Positions 47,227 to 60,629 of a DNA stretch of 64,000 nucleotides are shown in pieces (within the stretch, counting starts at the first letter, position 1; the number at the start of each line of letters is the position of its first letter). Under the pieces are notes generated by a model. That model was given only the letters and a program-made list of their open reading frames with translations, ran no database searches and was not told the DNA's origin. The position numbers were made by a program, and so were the translations under genes. This DNA comes from Takakia lepidozioides. Taxonomy: Eukaryota > Plantae > Bryophyta. Location: the NCBI GenBank assembly GCA_030704615.1, contig CM060733.1:33666001-33730000 (forward strand). Direction: 5' to 3'.

Positions 47227-50200
47227 TCAGGCACCCACTGTCCTTGTGACAATTTGTCCTACACCAATGCTTATGGTCGCTGTCAATATCGCAACAATCA
47301 CACTAATCAGTTGCTCCCCAGCCTGAAATCCGCAAACTGATACCTGTAGAGCAAACCACACTACCAAATTATTACTCAGATCAGTGATGTTACACCTGGA
47401 TAGACATGACAGTGGAGCAACAGACCGAACTAATGTCCCTGCTAATGAGCCTGTTGGACGGCCAACACAAGTACAGTCATAGTAACCACCTTATGTTTGC
47501 CATTATCCCACTTGACTGCCTCAGTGATGGATGCCATGGTCTGTATTGCAGTCATTTCTTTCTTCAACTCCTCACTGCTTCTCTGTGTTTTGTCCTCCTG
47601 AATTTGCATCTGTAGTCTCAGCTGTTTCATTCACTTGCCCACAATTACCTCATCAAAATCCCTCTCGCTCCCTTGATAGTCCCTCTGAGTTAATGATCAA
47701 CATGTCTGAAGCACATATCTACACAAGATAGGGAAGAGTAACACACTTTGGCTTCTGAAAATTTGCATAGATGCATGGTTATAAACCTAAATAGGTAGAT
47801 GGCCATGGGTAAAGAGCTTTGGGAAGAGTCAAATACAACTAATCGGGCTCACCAATGTGTGTGTTCCTGGGTGTACCCCTTTGCTGGTTCTTGTGTTCAC
47901 ACGATACTTATAAGCATCACAAAGGTAATAGCAGTATGGAAAAACTGAAAACTAAGATTGGGTGTATAGCATGAAGGATTTACTTTCCGGTATGTAAGAG
48001 TGGCCCCCTGCATCTGCCGCACCATGTTGATATCACCTCCAGGCCATACCATGAGTGCCAGAAGTGTGAGGAATACGTCCAGGGAGGCAATGACAGTCAC
48101 ACTGCACACAAGAATACACACCAGTGCTATGATCTGAATAACTCTACTGTGCCACTCATTATTGAGCTAGTGGACCAGCCGAGGTAGCAAGGAACCTCAT
48201 AGTGACGAGAGCTGTAATGGTTTCAGTCTGAGATTAGACTTGATCAGCAGAAATTTTGGGCATCTGTCTAAGGACATCAACATCCTGGCAAGTTGCAAAG
48301 ACCACCATAAGACGAACATTTCGTCCACGCAGAGAGGTTATGAAAGGTCAATGACTGCCCAGGCACCAATGGGTCAAAAAGCTATATAGAAGAAAGAAAG
48401 AGACAATACAACCAAAAAGCTACTCGAATAACATATCAGTTGACAAGCCAGAATATATCAGAGGTAGGACTTACATGAAGTAGATATCGTCCCTCTTGAT
48501 GCCCGTAATCAGCCGCAGAGCGACAAATCCAATGAGAATCAAGCAATAGCATGCAAAGTATGTGGTGTAGTACTGCACAATGCCCAAGCAACAACCCACA
48601 TCATTTCCACCGACTTTCCATCATTAATCTACAGACATAGAAGAACTTGAGGGCAATACATTGAAGCTGTTGAGTTCTATGAAAATGTATGCATATGGGT
48701 GGAAGTGTGATGGGGCACCACAGCGGAGTAAACTTTGCAAAGGAGACAGATGGATAATAAAATAGATTAACCAGGTTTTATGTTTCCTATTTACAGCTTA
48801 ATGACAGTAGTAATGCCTATTGAGGAACAAGGATGGTTGGATAAGTACAACCTCATGAACCCATTATGGAAAATAAAACATGTAATTGAGCTGATAGGTG
48901 AAGGCAAGAGACTCACTTTGATGCGCTTATGGAAACCTAAGCCAAAATCATGCACCAGCATCCGGCAGGTCCACCAGGCTTGCAATGAGTCTGGGTCATT
49001 GAAGTCGATCCAAATGCCCTGCCCCCTGAGGCCTCCACTACGATTGCTACCACCACTGCTACTCCCACCCCTGCTCCCGTTGAGCCTGATCAACCACTCA
49101 TAAGACCTTTTGCGCAACGACCGAAGAGAGCGAGGCGTCCGGATATGCAGACTGCCTGTATAAACGCCTGTGCGCAAAAGCTCATCCAGCTTTGAGGCCA
49201 CATAGTGGCGCCGGCGAAAATCCAAAACCCCAACCATCATGAAGGCCACATTCGACCACATGGAGAAAAACATGAGAAAAAAGCTTGAGACAGTGATAGT
49301 ATACTTTGCCCAAAGTGGCCCTGGTATTCGGTGGCCCCCTGCATCCCACAAAAAAGTTTGTGTTGGGTAGGCAGTAATATTCTCATGAATCTTCTCTCAT
49401 TAAGGTACACACATTTTTCTGCACAGACTTAGTTAACTATTCCTCAAAATGGACAACTATAGTCCGATGAAGACAATCAGGACAACAAAACCGCTGAGGA
49501 CAGCACACCCACTTAAGTAGTAGTCGTGACTCTCTGACTCATGGAAAGTGACTGGGGAAAGGACTCATGAGATGAGAGACACACCAAGGAAAAACCGACC
49601 AACAATAGGAAGCACTGCAATGGCCAAGGACAAGCCGAATGCACATTTTTGAAGATGTTGACTTAGCAGCGTATGGCCCACCCTTCTCAGCCTGTGTCAT
49701 CCCCCGACCACATTCTGCTCTTAGGACAGCACATTTTGCTCAAACGTGAACATGACTGGCATAAGGCCCAATAAAGAAAGTACAAAATCTGTCACCAAGA
49801 CACCAACAAACCAAGGTGAATCTAGGACACAGACACACAAGAGATTGAAGATGTAAGATTTAGGCAGCCCTTAAATTGGCACTTGAGACTCCCAACATGC
49901 TACAAATCACTGTTGACACAAAGCATACTGTCAATAGGAACCTGCTGAGGCTTGATGATTGGTGGATCACATGTGCTGCATACAAGTGTACAGGCAGGCG
50001 TCCTGGATGCAGGATACCCCCCTGGGTTGTCAATGCCATCGCATCCAGGCACTCTTCACTTCCAGCTTGCAACCATTTGTTGGCTTCTTCCATTATTGTC
50101 AGCGATGAATGCTGGATAGGAAATCAAGCATGTCAAAGTTAAGAGCTGCAGATGCTAGACTATCATTTTCCATGATCCGCGAAAAGAAAAGAGCTTCACG

Positions 50201-52196
50201 TACTGCCATAGGGGAAGTCCCTTCCAATTGATATTATCAGATCCCAACATAGACATATGTCATCCCAACATGGACATATGAGAAAAGTGTACAGGAAAGG
50301 GTATGAACCATGTGCGGATCATCTTTCTCGAGGCGGAGGTCAGCCACCATGTCAGAAATGGCCTCAAATGAGTCAGTACTGGTATCAAGCTGGAAAGAGG
50401 AAGCATGCAGCATCATTCTGCAGCGTACTGCAGCTAGGAATAGCTCTTCTTTCAAAATCTTCCGTGGAAGGGGATTATTCCACCCACCTAGGAGCTTCAC
50501 CAAACAACATTGTGGCAAACTTCAGATATGTGGCCATACCACCTCCTAAATTTATACACACTCACTATCTCAGACTAAAGTTGCTTTGTCTAGGGCAACT
50601 TTTGCTAGGTTTTATTCAACCTCCATAGCCATACAGTACATCTTACATGCCTGGAAAAACACCTGAAACTGCAAACATCTAGACAGATATTTTTCATACA
50701 ATCACAAGCGGCCTATTGCAGCAGCTATGGCCAGTGTGATACATTTAGCTCTTACACAGTCGGTAAAACCACCTCTGCTCTGTTGCCAAGATCTGGCTGT
50801 ACAAAACAGCAAATCCCCTACCTACCTAACCAGCATAAATCCTGTGGGATGTAGCTCTGAGTGAGTGACTGGAGGCATGGCAATGTGAGCATACAGTCAT
50901 GTGCCGTCGCATAGTCTGGTCCACCAAAACCGTCCGCATTTTTTCCATCTGCACCTTTGATGCAAATGCATACTTGGTTGCAACCACCTGCCATCACCCA
51001 CTCAACCACACTCACCAATGTGAAGAAGATGAATTTCTGGGACAATGGTTCGCCTTTGGCTGTTTCCCATGATAAGCTACAAGATATTTAAACTGTGAGA
51101 ATTTCGACCTTACCACTAGTATGGCAACTTGATGGCAAAGCCTTGTACCAAGGTGGATGAATGGAAGCCACACATGTGCACCACAAAGCCAGAGTTGCAC
51201 TTGACCAGCAGAATAGACAAGCAATGAACAAGTTGAGACAAAAAGCTGTGAAGATGTCAGAAGTATACGGGTGTCTATGAGAGAACAGGAATGGCTTGTA
51301 CCGAGTTGCGCATGATCCAGAGGATGTCGACCAGCAGGATGTCGTACACAAAGTTAGTGTAATTCCCTCCCACCATGTAATATGTACTCACTGTATTGAA
51401 TGAGAAAACTGTACATATGCCCACCAGTACATACAACCCGATAATTAGTGCACTTGCAAACAACCTGGAGTCAATATGTCCATGAGTTTTAGCCAAATCT
51501 GATCTGTTCAACGCAGTAATTAACACAGCATAGAGAATTGAATGAGACTTCACTGGCCAGCCAACTGTCGCTCTTCAACATACAACAGAATAGGGAGTCC
51601 CTGGTGTGCTGTTAGATACTTACAGCAGACAGCTAGGAAAAGTTGCCAAACCATGAGAAATACTTGAGAATGACTGTAAAAACCACGATTCACAAGGGCA
51701 AGCCACCCTCCGTCCAGATATACCATAAGGGGAGCTGAAAGAGGAAAGAAGATGTGGTAAAATAGCTCCTTGCAGAAAGTAGGCCTGCCAGTGTATAAAT
51801 GAGATCAGTGCCTTAAAAAGAACTGCCACGCACAAACGCTTGTTGGTCTACTGCACTCTTAAACAGACGACATGCTTGTAAATGACGGAAAAAAAAAGAA
51901 AACTTCATAGCATATAAAGCTCACCCGCTGAACTTGACAGCAGCTCTTGCTTCCAATTCAGCAGCATGAGGGACTTTCTCATCACCATTCCACAGGTCCT
52001 TGTTTACTGTCATTTTATTATTTCCTCCTTCCTCGTGTTTTTCTTCCTCTTCCTCCTCCGAGCTGGTGTCGCCATCCCTTTCATTGAGAGGGTTTTTCTT
52101 AGGCTTGCTCTTAAATCGCTGGAACATAGCTCTGCAAAGCCCTCGACCTATGTCAAGAAACTGGCACTTCCATGAGGCCTGGCCCTCAATTTTCAT
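47227..52196 (-). CDS. Multi-exon, multi-pass membrane protein, PHTF-like; start codon and 5' exons uncertain
   Basis: Phase-consistent GT-AG exons 50487-50309, 50111-49942, 49691-49585, 49338-48917, 48572-48475, 48101-47984, 47621-47490, 47343-47227 splice into one open frame with several hydrophobic helices. Additional coding-like exons lie at ~50.8-52.2 kb. Confidence 0.8.
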
Positions 52197-54195
52197 GTCT
52201 ATAACATGCTGTGGAAGCCACAAACTATTCCAAAACCCATGTACTGATATGCTGCATTTGAGTTGGATTTTAAAGGATGCTGCCATGCCTCTGACCCCAA
52301 GCCACAGGGATGCCAAGGGATTGGCCTGCAGTAACTTCTCCTATCATCTGTCGATGACCAAATATCCCCCAGATTTCGGAATGGTAAGAAGATGTCTTTG
52401 ACTGAATCCATGAGAAAAAACCCGTCACTTGATAAGCTATGACCGTGTGCACTGGAGTTATTTGCAACCATCTTCAGGCCTGGAAGTTCTGCGTCCAAAG
52501 AGCTTATACATGACCTTAACATTTTCTTGTAACCCAGACTGCAAATACTGACCAGGCTTTAATTTTGTAGACATTTTGGTCTGCGAGCCAACGCTTCAGC
52601 TGCGCACATGGACCCCCCAGAGTTTAAGACTCCTTAGTCACAGCTGAATTTGACCACTGTGAATGATGTATGAAATGTTTTCAACACAACGGGTGCTCAA
52701 TCTGTGAGTAATTCTTGCCATGGTTTGTTGTGCTGGATGATCATCAGGTATCCATGGCAATAGTCAACCTCTCGTTACTCGAGGTGCTGGAAATGCGACC
52801 CTTCTACAGACGACAATGCTTCACCTGTACATTCACGCAGTCATGACCACTACCCTCTCAGAACATCCAAACAGCAGCTCATTTGAAAATCCTAGAGGCG
52901 GTGCACGAAATTGAAGAGAGAACGCACCAGAGCGTGCAGATCACGGGAGCTGAACACAAGAAAGCAGGCGGTGCGTGAGTATGAGGATGGCTCGCAAACG
53001 AATGACCACGATAGACAACTGCCCGAAAAACCCCCCCATAAAACACACCAGAGTGATCATCTCCATGGTCTTACTCCCGTGCTGCATCAAGTATGGACAA
53101 TCCTAGAATGATCTGGATCCTTCAAATCTTCATGCGCGTGTGAGGGACAACAGAGACACAGCTCCGTCGTGAGGAAGAACGCGACCTAAGAGGAACTGCT
53201 GCAGTGGTCAGTAGAAAAGACTTGTCAGCAACAGTCTCCCATGAGATGGGCCCAGCTGCCGATATCGCAACAGCCCGGATTGGGAGGACAAAACAAGACT
53301 TTTCCACTCGTCAGTATGCGTCTATGAACCCAACGAAGTATGATGTACAGCGTTGACTGCAAGGTCGCGCACGAGAGCGACTCCCACTATAGAACACAGT
53401 TAAGAACACACTTCAGTTATAAAGACTCTGTTTTCTTCTAATAAGTATGGGCACTAGGTGATCACCTTCTTCTCGAGGATTTGACAGACACCAACGAGAC
53501 TAGATGTGGACGCTTCACGGATGATCTCGTGAGAGTCCCGAATTTGTTGGGAAGGGAAAACCTGGCAGAACAATTGAAGGAAACAACTTAGTTGCCTCTA
53601 TCCTTGTTTTGTTGCCGGTATCCTATTTCACCTTGTTTTGCTGCCCTCTTCTTCGCTGCCATCAGTCTCGCATGCACAGACATGGTAGCATGTTCGGGCG
53701 CTCTCCTGCGCCCGCAGAGAGAGGCCATACCCATCTTTTCTTTGCGGTGGACAGACGGGAAGCACCATATCATGAAGAAGACTAACTGGCCGGGCTTTGG
53801 AGCTGGATTGGGCGTCCAGCTTGGCAACGCCGGCCTCAAGACCATTGCAAGTGAAGGTTCTGACTTCTTCCCAGCCTCCAGGGGAACCGAAGGAAGGTAC
53901 AGACATGCTACTCCTCGGGTAATTTTTTGGGTCCAGGTTGCAGGAAGTGAGGGTTGAAGAAAGGCTAGGATCATCATCTGCTAGAAACGCGATGTCGATG
54001 AACCCAATAGATTCTGCACTTGCTGGCCCAGCCCCAAAGCTGACATTGATGGGACAAACGTGTGACTGCACTGTCATTCACACTGTCTGTGTGCGGGTGA
54101 GAGAGAGACAGAGACAGAGATTTGGGGAAGCCTATATTAGCATGCCTCCAACAAGACTCAATTTGAGGTGCTAAAGGTACACATAGCAGTTGCAG

Positions 54196-56979
54196 ATGCA
54201 GGTAAAGCAAAAAGCATTGAATGGCTGTGGCAAGAATACGCCTCAGACCCTTTGCATCAGTGGGGCAACAGGTCTGATGAGGTTGATGAGGCGGGGATAT
54301 TTGTATTGTTATCCATTCATCTACTTCCCAGCATAACTAGCACGTTGTCTCCGACTGAGTAAATCGGTAGCATTACCCCATTCAGCTGCTGTAATCAATC
54401 ACAATTAAGGTCTTTGTCTGTTACACCCGCCCCAGTGTGTTCCTACAGTTGAACAGGACAATTGATAACCACAATAGCAGTGCAGTTGATTTCTTCAAAG
54501 TGTCCAGCCTATTAATTCAAGTGATGATTGTGAAACTCTATTGAAACTGTTGAAGCCTAATCTAATCCAAGGCTGTGGGTAAAGTGTTCAGCTTTCCACA
54601 TACAGTTTCAGAGAGAAGTCCAAGATCATCAACCCTGCACAAAGGAGGTTCTTTGGTTTGAGAATTGGTGGAACCCTCCTTGGATGGAAGCGGAGCTAAC
54701 TACCATGTTACAAGATCGAACACAACTGGTGATTTTCCTAATGTCGATGTACCCCATGAAGCTCCAGGCCGAGAATATGACGGGTATTGTTTTGATAATT
54801 CAAGGGTTACAATTCCATCTTAGAGTTTTTCCCAGTTTATTCTCAGGGTAGATGACTGTGGTAATAATATAACCCTGTGCATATCAGGCAATTTTCTTTT
54901 TGACATATCTCAGAAGTTGGAGATTTATTTGGAAGTTGAAGTAAGATTGGTAACTAAAACTTTTATTCTTACATTATGGCAGGTTTGAATCAGGCACATT
55001 TGGTTGCTGGACATCAGACTTCCGTCATGAGAACATGTTTTGAAAGAGGGCCAGGGGAGGGAGCCAGCAAGAACTCTTCTGGCACTTTTGGAGGTGTGAG
55101 GGCATTATGTAAGGCAGGAAAACTGAATGAGGCACTGCACAATTTGAACCAACAAGGCATTCAAGCAGACTCCAGAACTTATGCCTGTCTCTTGCAGGAG
55201 TGCATTGCCAGCAAAGGTCTAGCAGAGGGAAAGCAGGTGCACGCCCACATTATCAAAAGTGGATTCAAGCCAAACGTCTTTGTACTTAACACACTTGTGA
55301 ACATGTATTCCAAGTGCGGGAGCTTAGTGGATGCATGCCAGTTATTTGACAAAATGCCTGAACGAGATATGTTTACATGGACTATAATGATAGCAGGATA
55401 TGTCAAGCATGGTTGTGGTAGGGAGGCTTTAAGGGTTTATGAGCAAATGCTAGGGGAAGGGGTCATACCCAGCAAGGTCACATACATTTGCATTCTCAAT
55501 GCATGTGCCAGTGTAGGAGCCCTGGAAATGGGCAAAGAAGTCCATGCTAACATCATCAAAGCTGGAATCGCATCATATATTAATTTGGAGAATGCCCTTA
55601 TCGACATGTATGCCAAATGTGGGAGCATGAAGAATGCACATGGAGTGTTCAGCAACATTGCTGAGCGAGATGTGGTTTCATGGAATGCAATGATTGCAGG
55701 ATATGCTCTGCATGGCTGTGGTAGGGAGGCTTTGGAGTTATATGAGCAAATGCAACAGGAAGGGGTGAGACCGGACATGATCACATTCATTTGTCTTCTC
55801 AATGCTTGTGCCAGCATAGGAGCCCTGGAAAAGGGCAGAGAGGTCCATGCTGACATCATGAAACGCGGAATTACATCATATGTTAATTTGAAGAATACCC
55901 TTGTTGACATGTATGCCAAATGTGGGAGCATAAAGGATGCCCGGAAAGTATTTGACAATATGACCACACACAATGTGGTGTCCTGGAACTCCATGATCGC
56001 AGGATATGCACATCATGGGTGTGGTGGGGAGGCCTTGGAGTTGTTTGAGCAAATGCAGCAGGAAGGTGTGACACCTGACAAGGTCACCTTCACTTGTGTT
56101 CTCAATGCGTGTTCCAGCCTAGGGTCCCTGGAAAAGGGCAAGCAGGTTCATGCTGCCCTGAGGAAAAGCGGGATTGCGTCACACATTAATTTGGAGAACA
56201 CCCTTGTTGACATGTATGCCAAATGCGGGAGCATAAAGGATGCACGTTCTGTTTTCGACAACATGGCTGAAAGAGATTTGGTCTCATGGAGTGCAATGAT
56301 CGCAGGATATGGTCACCACAGGTGTGGTAGGGAGGCTTTGGAGATCTATGAGCAAATGAAATGGGAAGAAATAATGCTTGACAGGGTCGTGTTCACATGC
56401 GTTCTAAATGCATGTGCCAGCCTAGGAGCCCTGGAAAAGGGCAAATGTGTACATGCTGACATCAGTGTAAGTAGAATCGTGCCAGATATTATTCTTCACA
56501 ATACCCTCATTGACATGTATACCAAGTGCGGGAGCGTGAAGGATGCTCGTCAAGTTTTTGACTTTATGGTGGAACGGGATGTAGTGTCGGGGAACACCAT
56601 GATTGCAGAGCATGGGTGTGGCAGGGAGGTTGTGCAACTATTTGAACAAATGCAACTGGGAAACTTGAGGCCGGATGGCATCACATTTGTATCCCTTCTC
56701 TCTGCATGTAACCATGTGGGCCTTGTGGATTTAGGCTGCCATTACTATGATTCCATGTGTGACGATCATGGGCTTATTCCTACAGTGGAGCATTTTGGCT
56801 GCATGGTGGACCTTCTTGGCCGTGCAGGGCAGCTGGATGAGGCAGAGTATTTCATTAACAAAATGCCAGTGAAACCAGCTGCTACAGTGTTGGGGACTTT
56901 GCTTGGTGCCTGCAAAGTTCATGGCGATGTGGGGGTAGCAAAACGTGTTGCAAAAAGCATTCTCAAGAGCGATCCATAG
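54196..56979 (+). CDS. PLS-class PPR protein (E domain cut by an early TAG) with upstream exons encoding a degenerate PDF motif; possibly a pseudogene
   Basis: Main exon 54983-56979 holds ~5 P-L-S triplets plus HFGCMVDLLGRAG...LLGACKVHG. In-frame upstream exons ~54196-54281 and 54606-54783. After the TAG the E2 sequence HSAAYVLLSNIYA continues in frame. Confidence 0.85.
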
Positions 56980-57194
56980 CACTCTGCAGCTTATGTGCTG
57001 CTGTCAAACATCTATGCTCCCATTGGTTTAATGCGATAGTAAAAGCCTATTAGTTTCATAAAGCGAGTCAATCACCATACTTAACGGTAAATTGGGTTGG
57101 ATTGGGATTAATTTGATTCAGTATATAGCCCAATATCTTTGAAGAACTGGAGAGAGGTGTTGTTCATGACACCAATGTCAACAATGCGGGAGCT

Positions 57195-59842
57195 ATGGAA
57201 GCTTGCCCTACGCTTGGAGGAGTTATATGTGCATCGTCTTCTTCATCAATTCCTCTCACTTCAACGGTAGGTGGATCTTCCACAATATCACAGTATTCAA
57301 GCAGCTCAATGTCCGAGGAAGAGCAGTTTTTCACCCTACGCAAGCAACGTGATTTTTGGAAACCTTACAATCGCACTCCTTCGTCATGGGCATTTTATGC
57401 AGTTGCTAACGCGGGTCCAGTAGATGCAATATACCCGCAGTATATGAGGTGTATGTTTTGTCATTCTGCTCCTGTGTTTGAAAAGATGCCAGGATGTATA
57501 ACTTACAACAAAGACCATGGAAACTCTGTTCTTCACAAGCATGTGAATCAGAAACATGGGGCTTTGGTTAGTGAGTGGATTGAAATGGAAAAAGATGGGC
57601 CGGATGTTCGTAGACTTGTGAAGAAGAGGCTTGGCCCTACCCCAGGGAACATATCTTTTTTATTTGGCAGTCGAACTCCATACAAGAAAGATGATGAACA
57701 ACATAAAAGATTCAACGAGGATTTGGTCTTGTTCATTGCAAAAGAGTTGTTGCCATTGTCTTTGGTCGAATCTCCCTGGCTACGAAGGGTAGTGGGGAGA
57801 CAAAATGATCGTATAGTTTTTCCCTCTCGACGCACACTTGTGAATGAGACGCTCCCATCACTGGCAACAAAAACACAAGACTTGTACGATATCTAGTTGT
57901 GTAACTTGTACTGTCAGTTTTGATTTGTGGATGTCAAGAGGAGGAACATATACTTTTGTCATCATAGCGCACTTCTTTAATGAGTAATGGGAACCATGCC
58001 ATGTGACATTGGGAATGTTTGAGGCACCTGATACATCGGGGGCAGCCATGGCACGACAAGTGAATGACCTTTTGACAAAGTATGGTTTGAATTCGCACAT
58101 CATAGCTTATGTAAGGAGGTAATTTGGGTACTTTGACTGCAGCTTTGAATGCAGTCGTGTCTTGTGCCCCCATTGGGACTGTCTGCACCATTTGTGGGAA
58201 GTTGTTTTGGACATGCAATGTCCAAGTGTTGTCACTATGCCACGACTAATGCAAAGGTGTGCATGTATATGAGGGTTGTGTCTATAAAGGATGCTCAATC
58301 AGAGTTGCAGAAGACAATCACTTGGACCAAGAAGAGTGGAAAGGGAAGGCAAGAATGGAATGCAGCATGTGTTGATAGTGACATTCATCCTCGCAAGCTG
58401 AAGACTCCAGTGAAAACCAGGTTTGCTTCCAAAGTGATCATCTTTCAAGAAACTTTGGAATTTCGGCAAGCCATCATTACTTGTTATTCTAGGCAGGCTT
58501 CACTGTCTTTGCAATCTTGCATACCAAGCCCACAAGTGTGGACAATTGCAAAGTCTACTTCCACGGTTCTCGAACCTGTGGTTCATGAGTGTGTTATGAA
58601 CCAGTCAGGCGGATACTGGCTGTTGTCTGATGCTCTTGCTGCAGCCATTACAACTTGTGTACGCATGCGAGCAAAGAGTGTTCAAAGGTTGGGTACAGTG
58701 GATTATCGCATTGGGGATTTTGATGCAAAGTTGCAATTGTTAGAATGGTGGATGGCTCAGGAGGTGGTGCATGTATTGGGGCCATTTCTCTCATTTTTTG
58801 AAGAAGTTCAACCATTGAAAGCCCACAATATGTTGGCACTGATGCTTGATCCGCGTTTCAAGGGATTGTTCTTGGTGACACAATATGTGGGCAGAGAACA
58901 GAGACATATCATTGTTCGGCAATATGATACCTTGGTGTTGGAGCCTCTTTTGGTCAAATGTTTCAAGATCCTTCACCCGGATACTACGACCCAGCCGGAG
59001 CCAAATTCCACTCAAGATGACATGTCATTGTTTGGTTTGGAGGAGTCATGTGAGGATATGACATTGATGGTGGTGAGAGATCAGCTTGCGCATTTCCGAA
59101 GGCAAAAGGTCATTGACACTGAGTGTAGTGCTCCTTTGAAATGGTGGAAAGAGCACGAATTTGTATTTCCATATATGGGTATTTGGCACGTTTCCTGTTG
59201 GGCATTGTTGGGTCTCAGATTGAATGTGAGAGTGTTTTTATCATTGCAGGTGTTATTACAAACTTGCGATGTTGCAAGTTAGTGTTCAGAACCTTGATAT
59301 GCTTGTGAGCATTGTCAAGAATTGGCCGAATGATGCTCGTGTTGGTTGCATGAGCTCTTCCATGAACGAGTTTTTGAACAGTGAGGAAGTCCATGACAAC
59401 GAGGAGTTGATTGCAGAGGCCGAATTGTTTGAGATAGAATGATTTCTTTGTGTACTCTACACACATTGATTTATACTCGCTTACATTGCATTATTATTAT
59501 TTCATAAATTTGTATATGAATGTTGTGATGTTTTTTTTCAACATGGTCAAAATATTTGATATAACTAATGGGGATTCACAAATCATTTTCAGATTTATAA
59601 AAAAACGATATATATATATATCAAAAAATAGAGAACCGGAACCGGAAACTGGAACCGGTGGATCTGGAACCGGTGGATCTTTCCCAAAAAATACCCGGAA
59701 CCGGAACCGGAATCTGCTCATGAATTTTGGAACCAGAACCGGAACCGCTTCATAAAAAAGAACGTCCGGAACCGCCTCTTTAAATCTAACAAGGAACCAG
59801 AACCGGCGGTTCCTTCAATATGGCAAGAACCGCACAACACAG
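57195..59842 (+). mobile_element. hAT transposon with degenerate transposase, related to the 7608 element; left end missing
   Basis: RCMFCH..HVNQKH, FDLWMS, CFGHAMSKCC, PRKLKTPVKTRFAS, MLDPRFK, PLKWWKEH. GAACCG subterminal repeats at 59630-59830 and terminus GAACCGCACAACACAG. Confidence 0.9.
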
Positions 59843-60629
59843 ACTAGGGACCAGACGAAACACAAAAAATTGTGGCTTTCGTCCACCTCTTCATCCCTTT
59901 CAAAGATGCCATGTCATCAAAAAGCCACAAGACATCAAAATTGTCACAATCAAAACCATGTGTATCTCTCTCCCTCTTTGCTCTGGATTTCCTGTTGAAG
60001 CACGTACCTACTCATGGAGCTTTCGGAAAGAGTTCTCCTTGCAACATCTGCTCTTCACAGATTTGACTGTTCGTGAAGTTTATATGAGCTTTGGGAAAAC
60101 TGACTTGCAAACTTGTCAATACCTGCACGTGGAGAGAAGTCTTCATGATTCATGGCTTCACACTATAGAGGAGCTGCAGAGCAAGGTGGGAGAAGATGGA
60201 GGCTAAGAGAGCCGTCAAGAGGCCTCGTTAGGTTTTGTTCACTGGAGAAGATTTGGGGCCTGCTATTATCATGGCCCCAAATTTGTTGTGCTTTGTATGC
60301 TGAGGTGCAAAGTATAGAGCGGTGACGAAGCATGTTGGGGCGCTGGGGAAACCCTGATACTTCGGTGCACTTCAAGTCACAGTTCATGTCAGATTCTTCA
60401 CAGGGTGTCGGATGAGGTGACTCTCTCTCTCTCTCTCTTTTCCCAATCATTGCATTCCTTGGATAGAATGACATTGATCCTTTTGTAAGTCAAGCTTGTT
60501 GTTATGTACTTTTGTAGACTGGACCGTGGTTTCAGTTGCTGTAAGTTCCATTGTACTGGTTTTTTTGTGGGATAAGTTGGTTGTGATCACCACCTGTATG
60601 TTTGTCCAAAGCTGTGGCCTGGTCTGTGT

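Noticed and set aside
44708-52196. Functional link between the T1-domain protein and the neighbouring channel-like gene
   Set aside because: The only evidence is convergent adjacency, which carries little weight in a plant genome.
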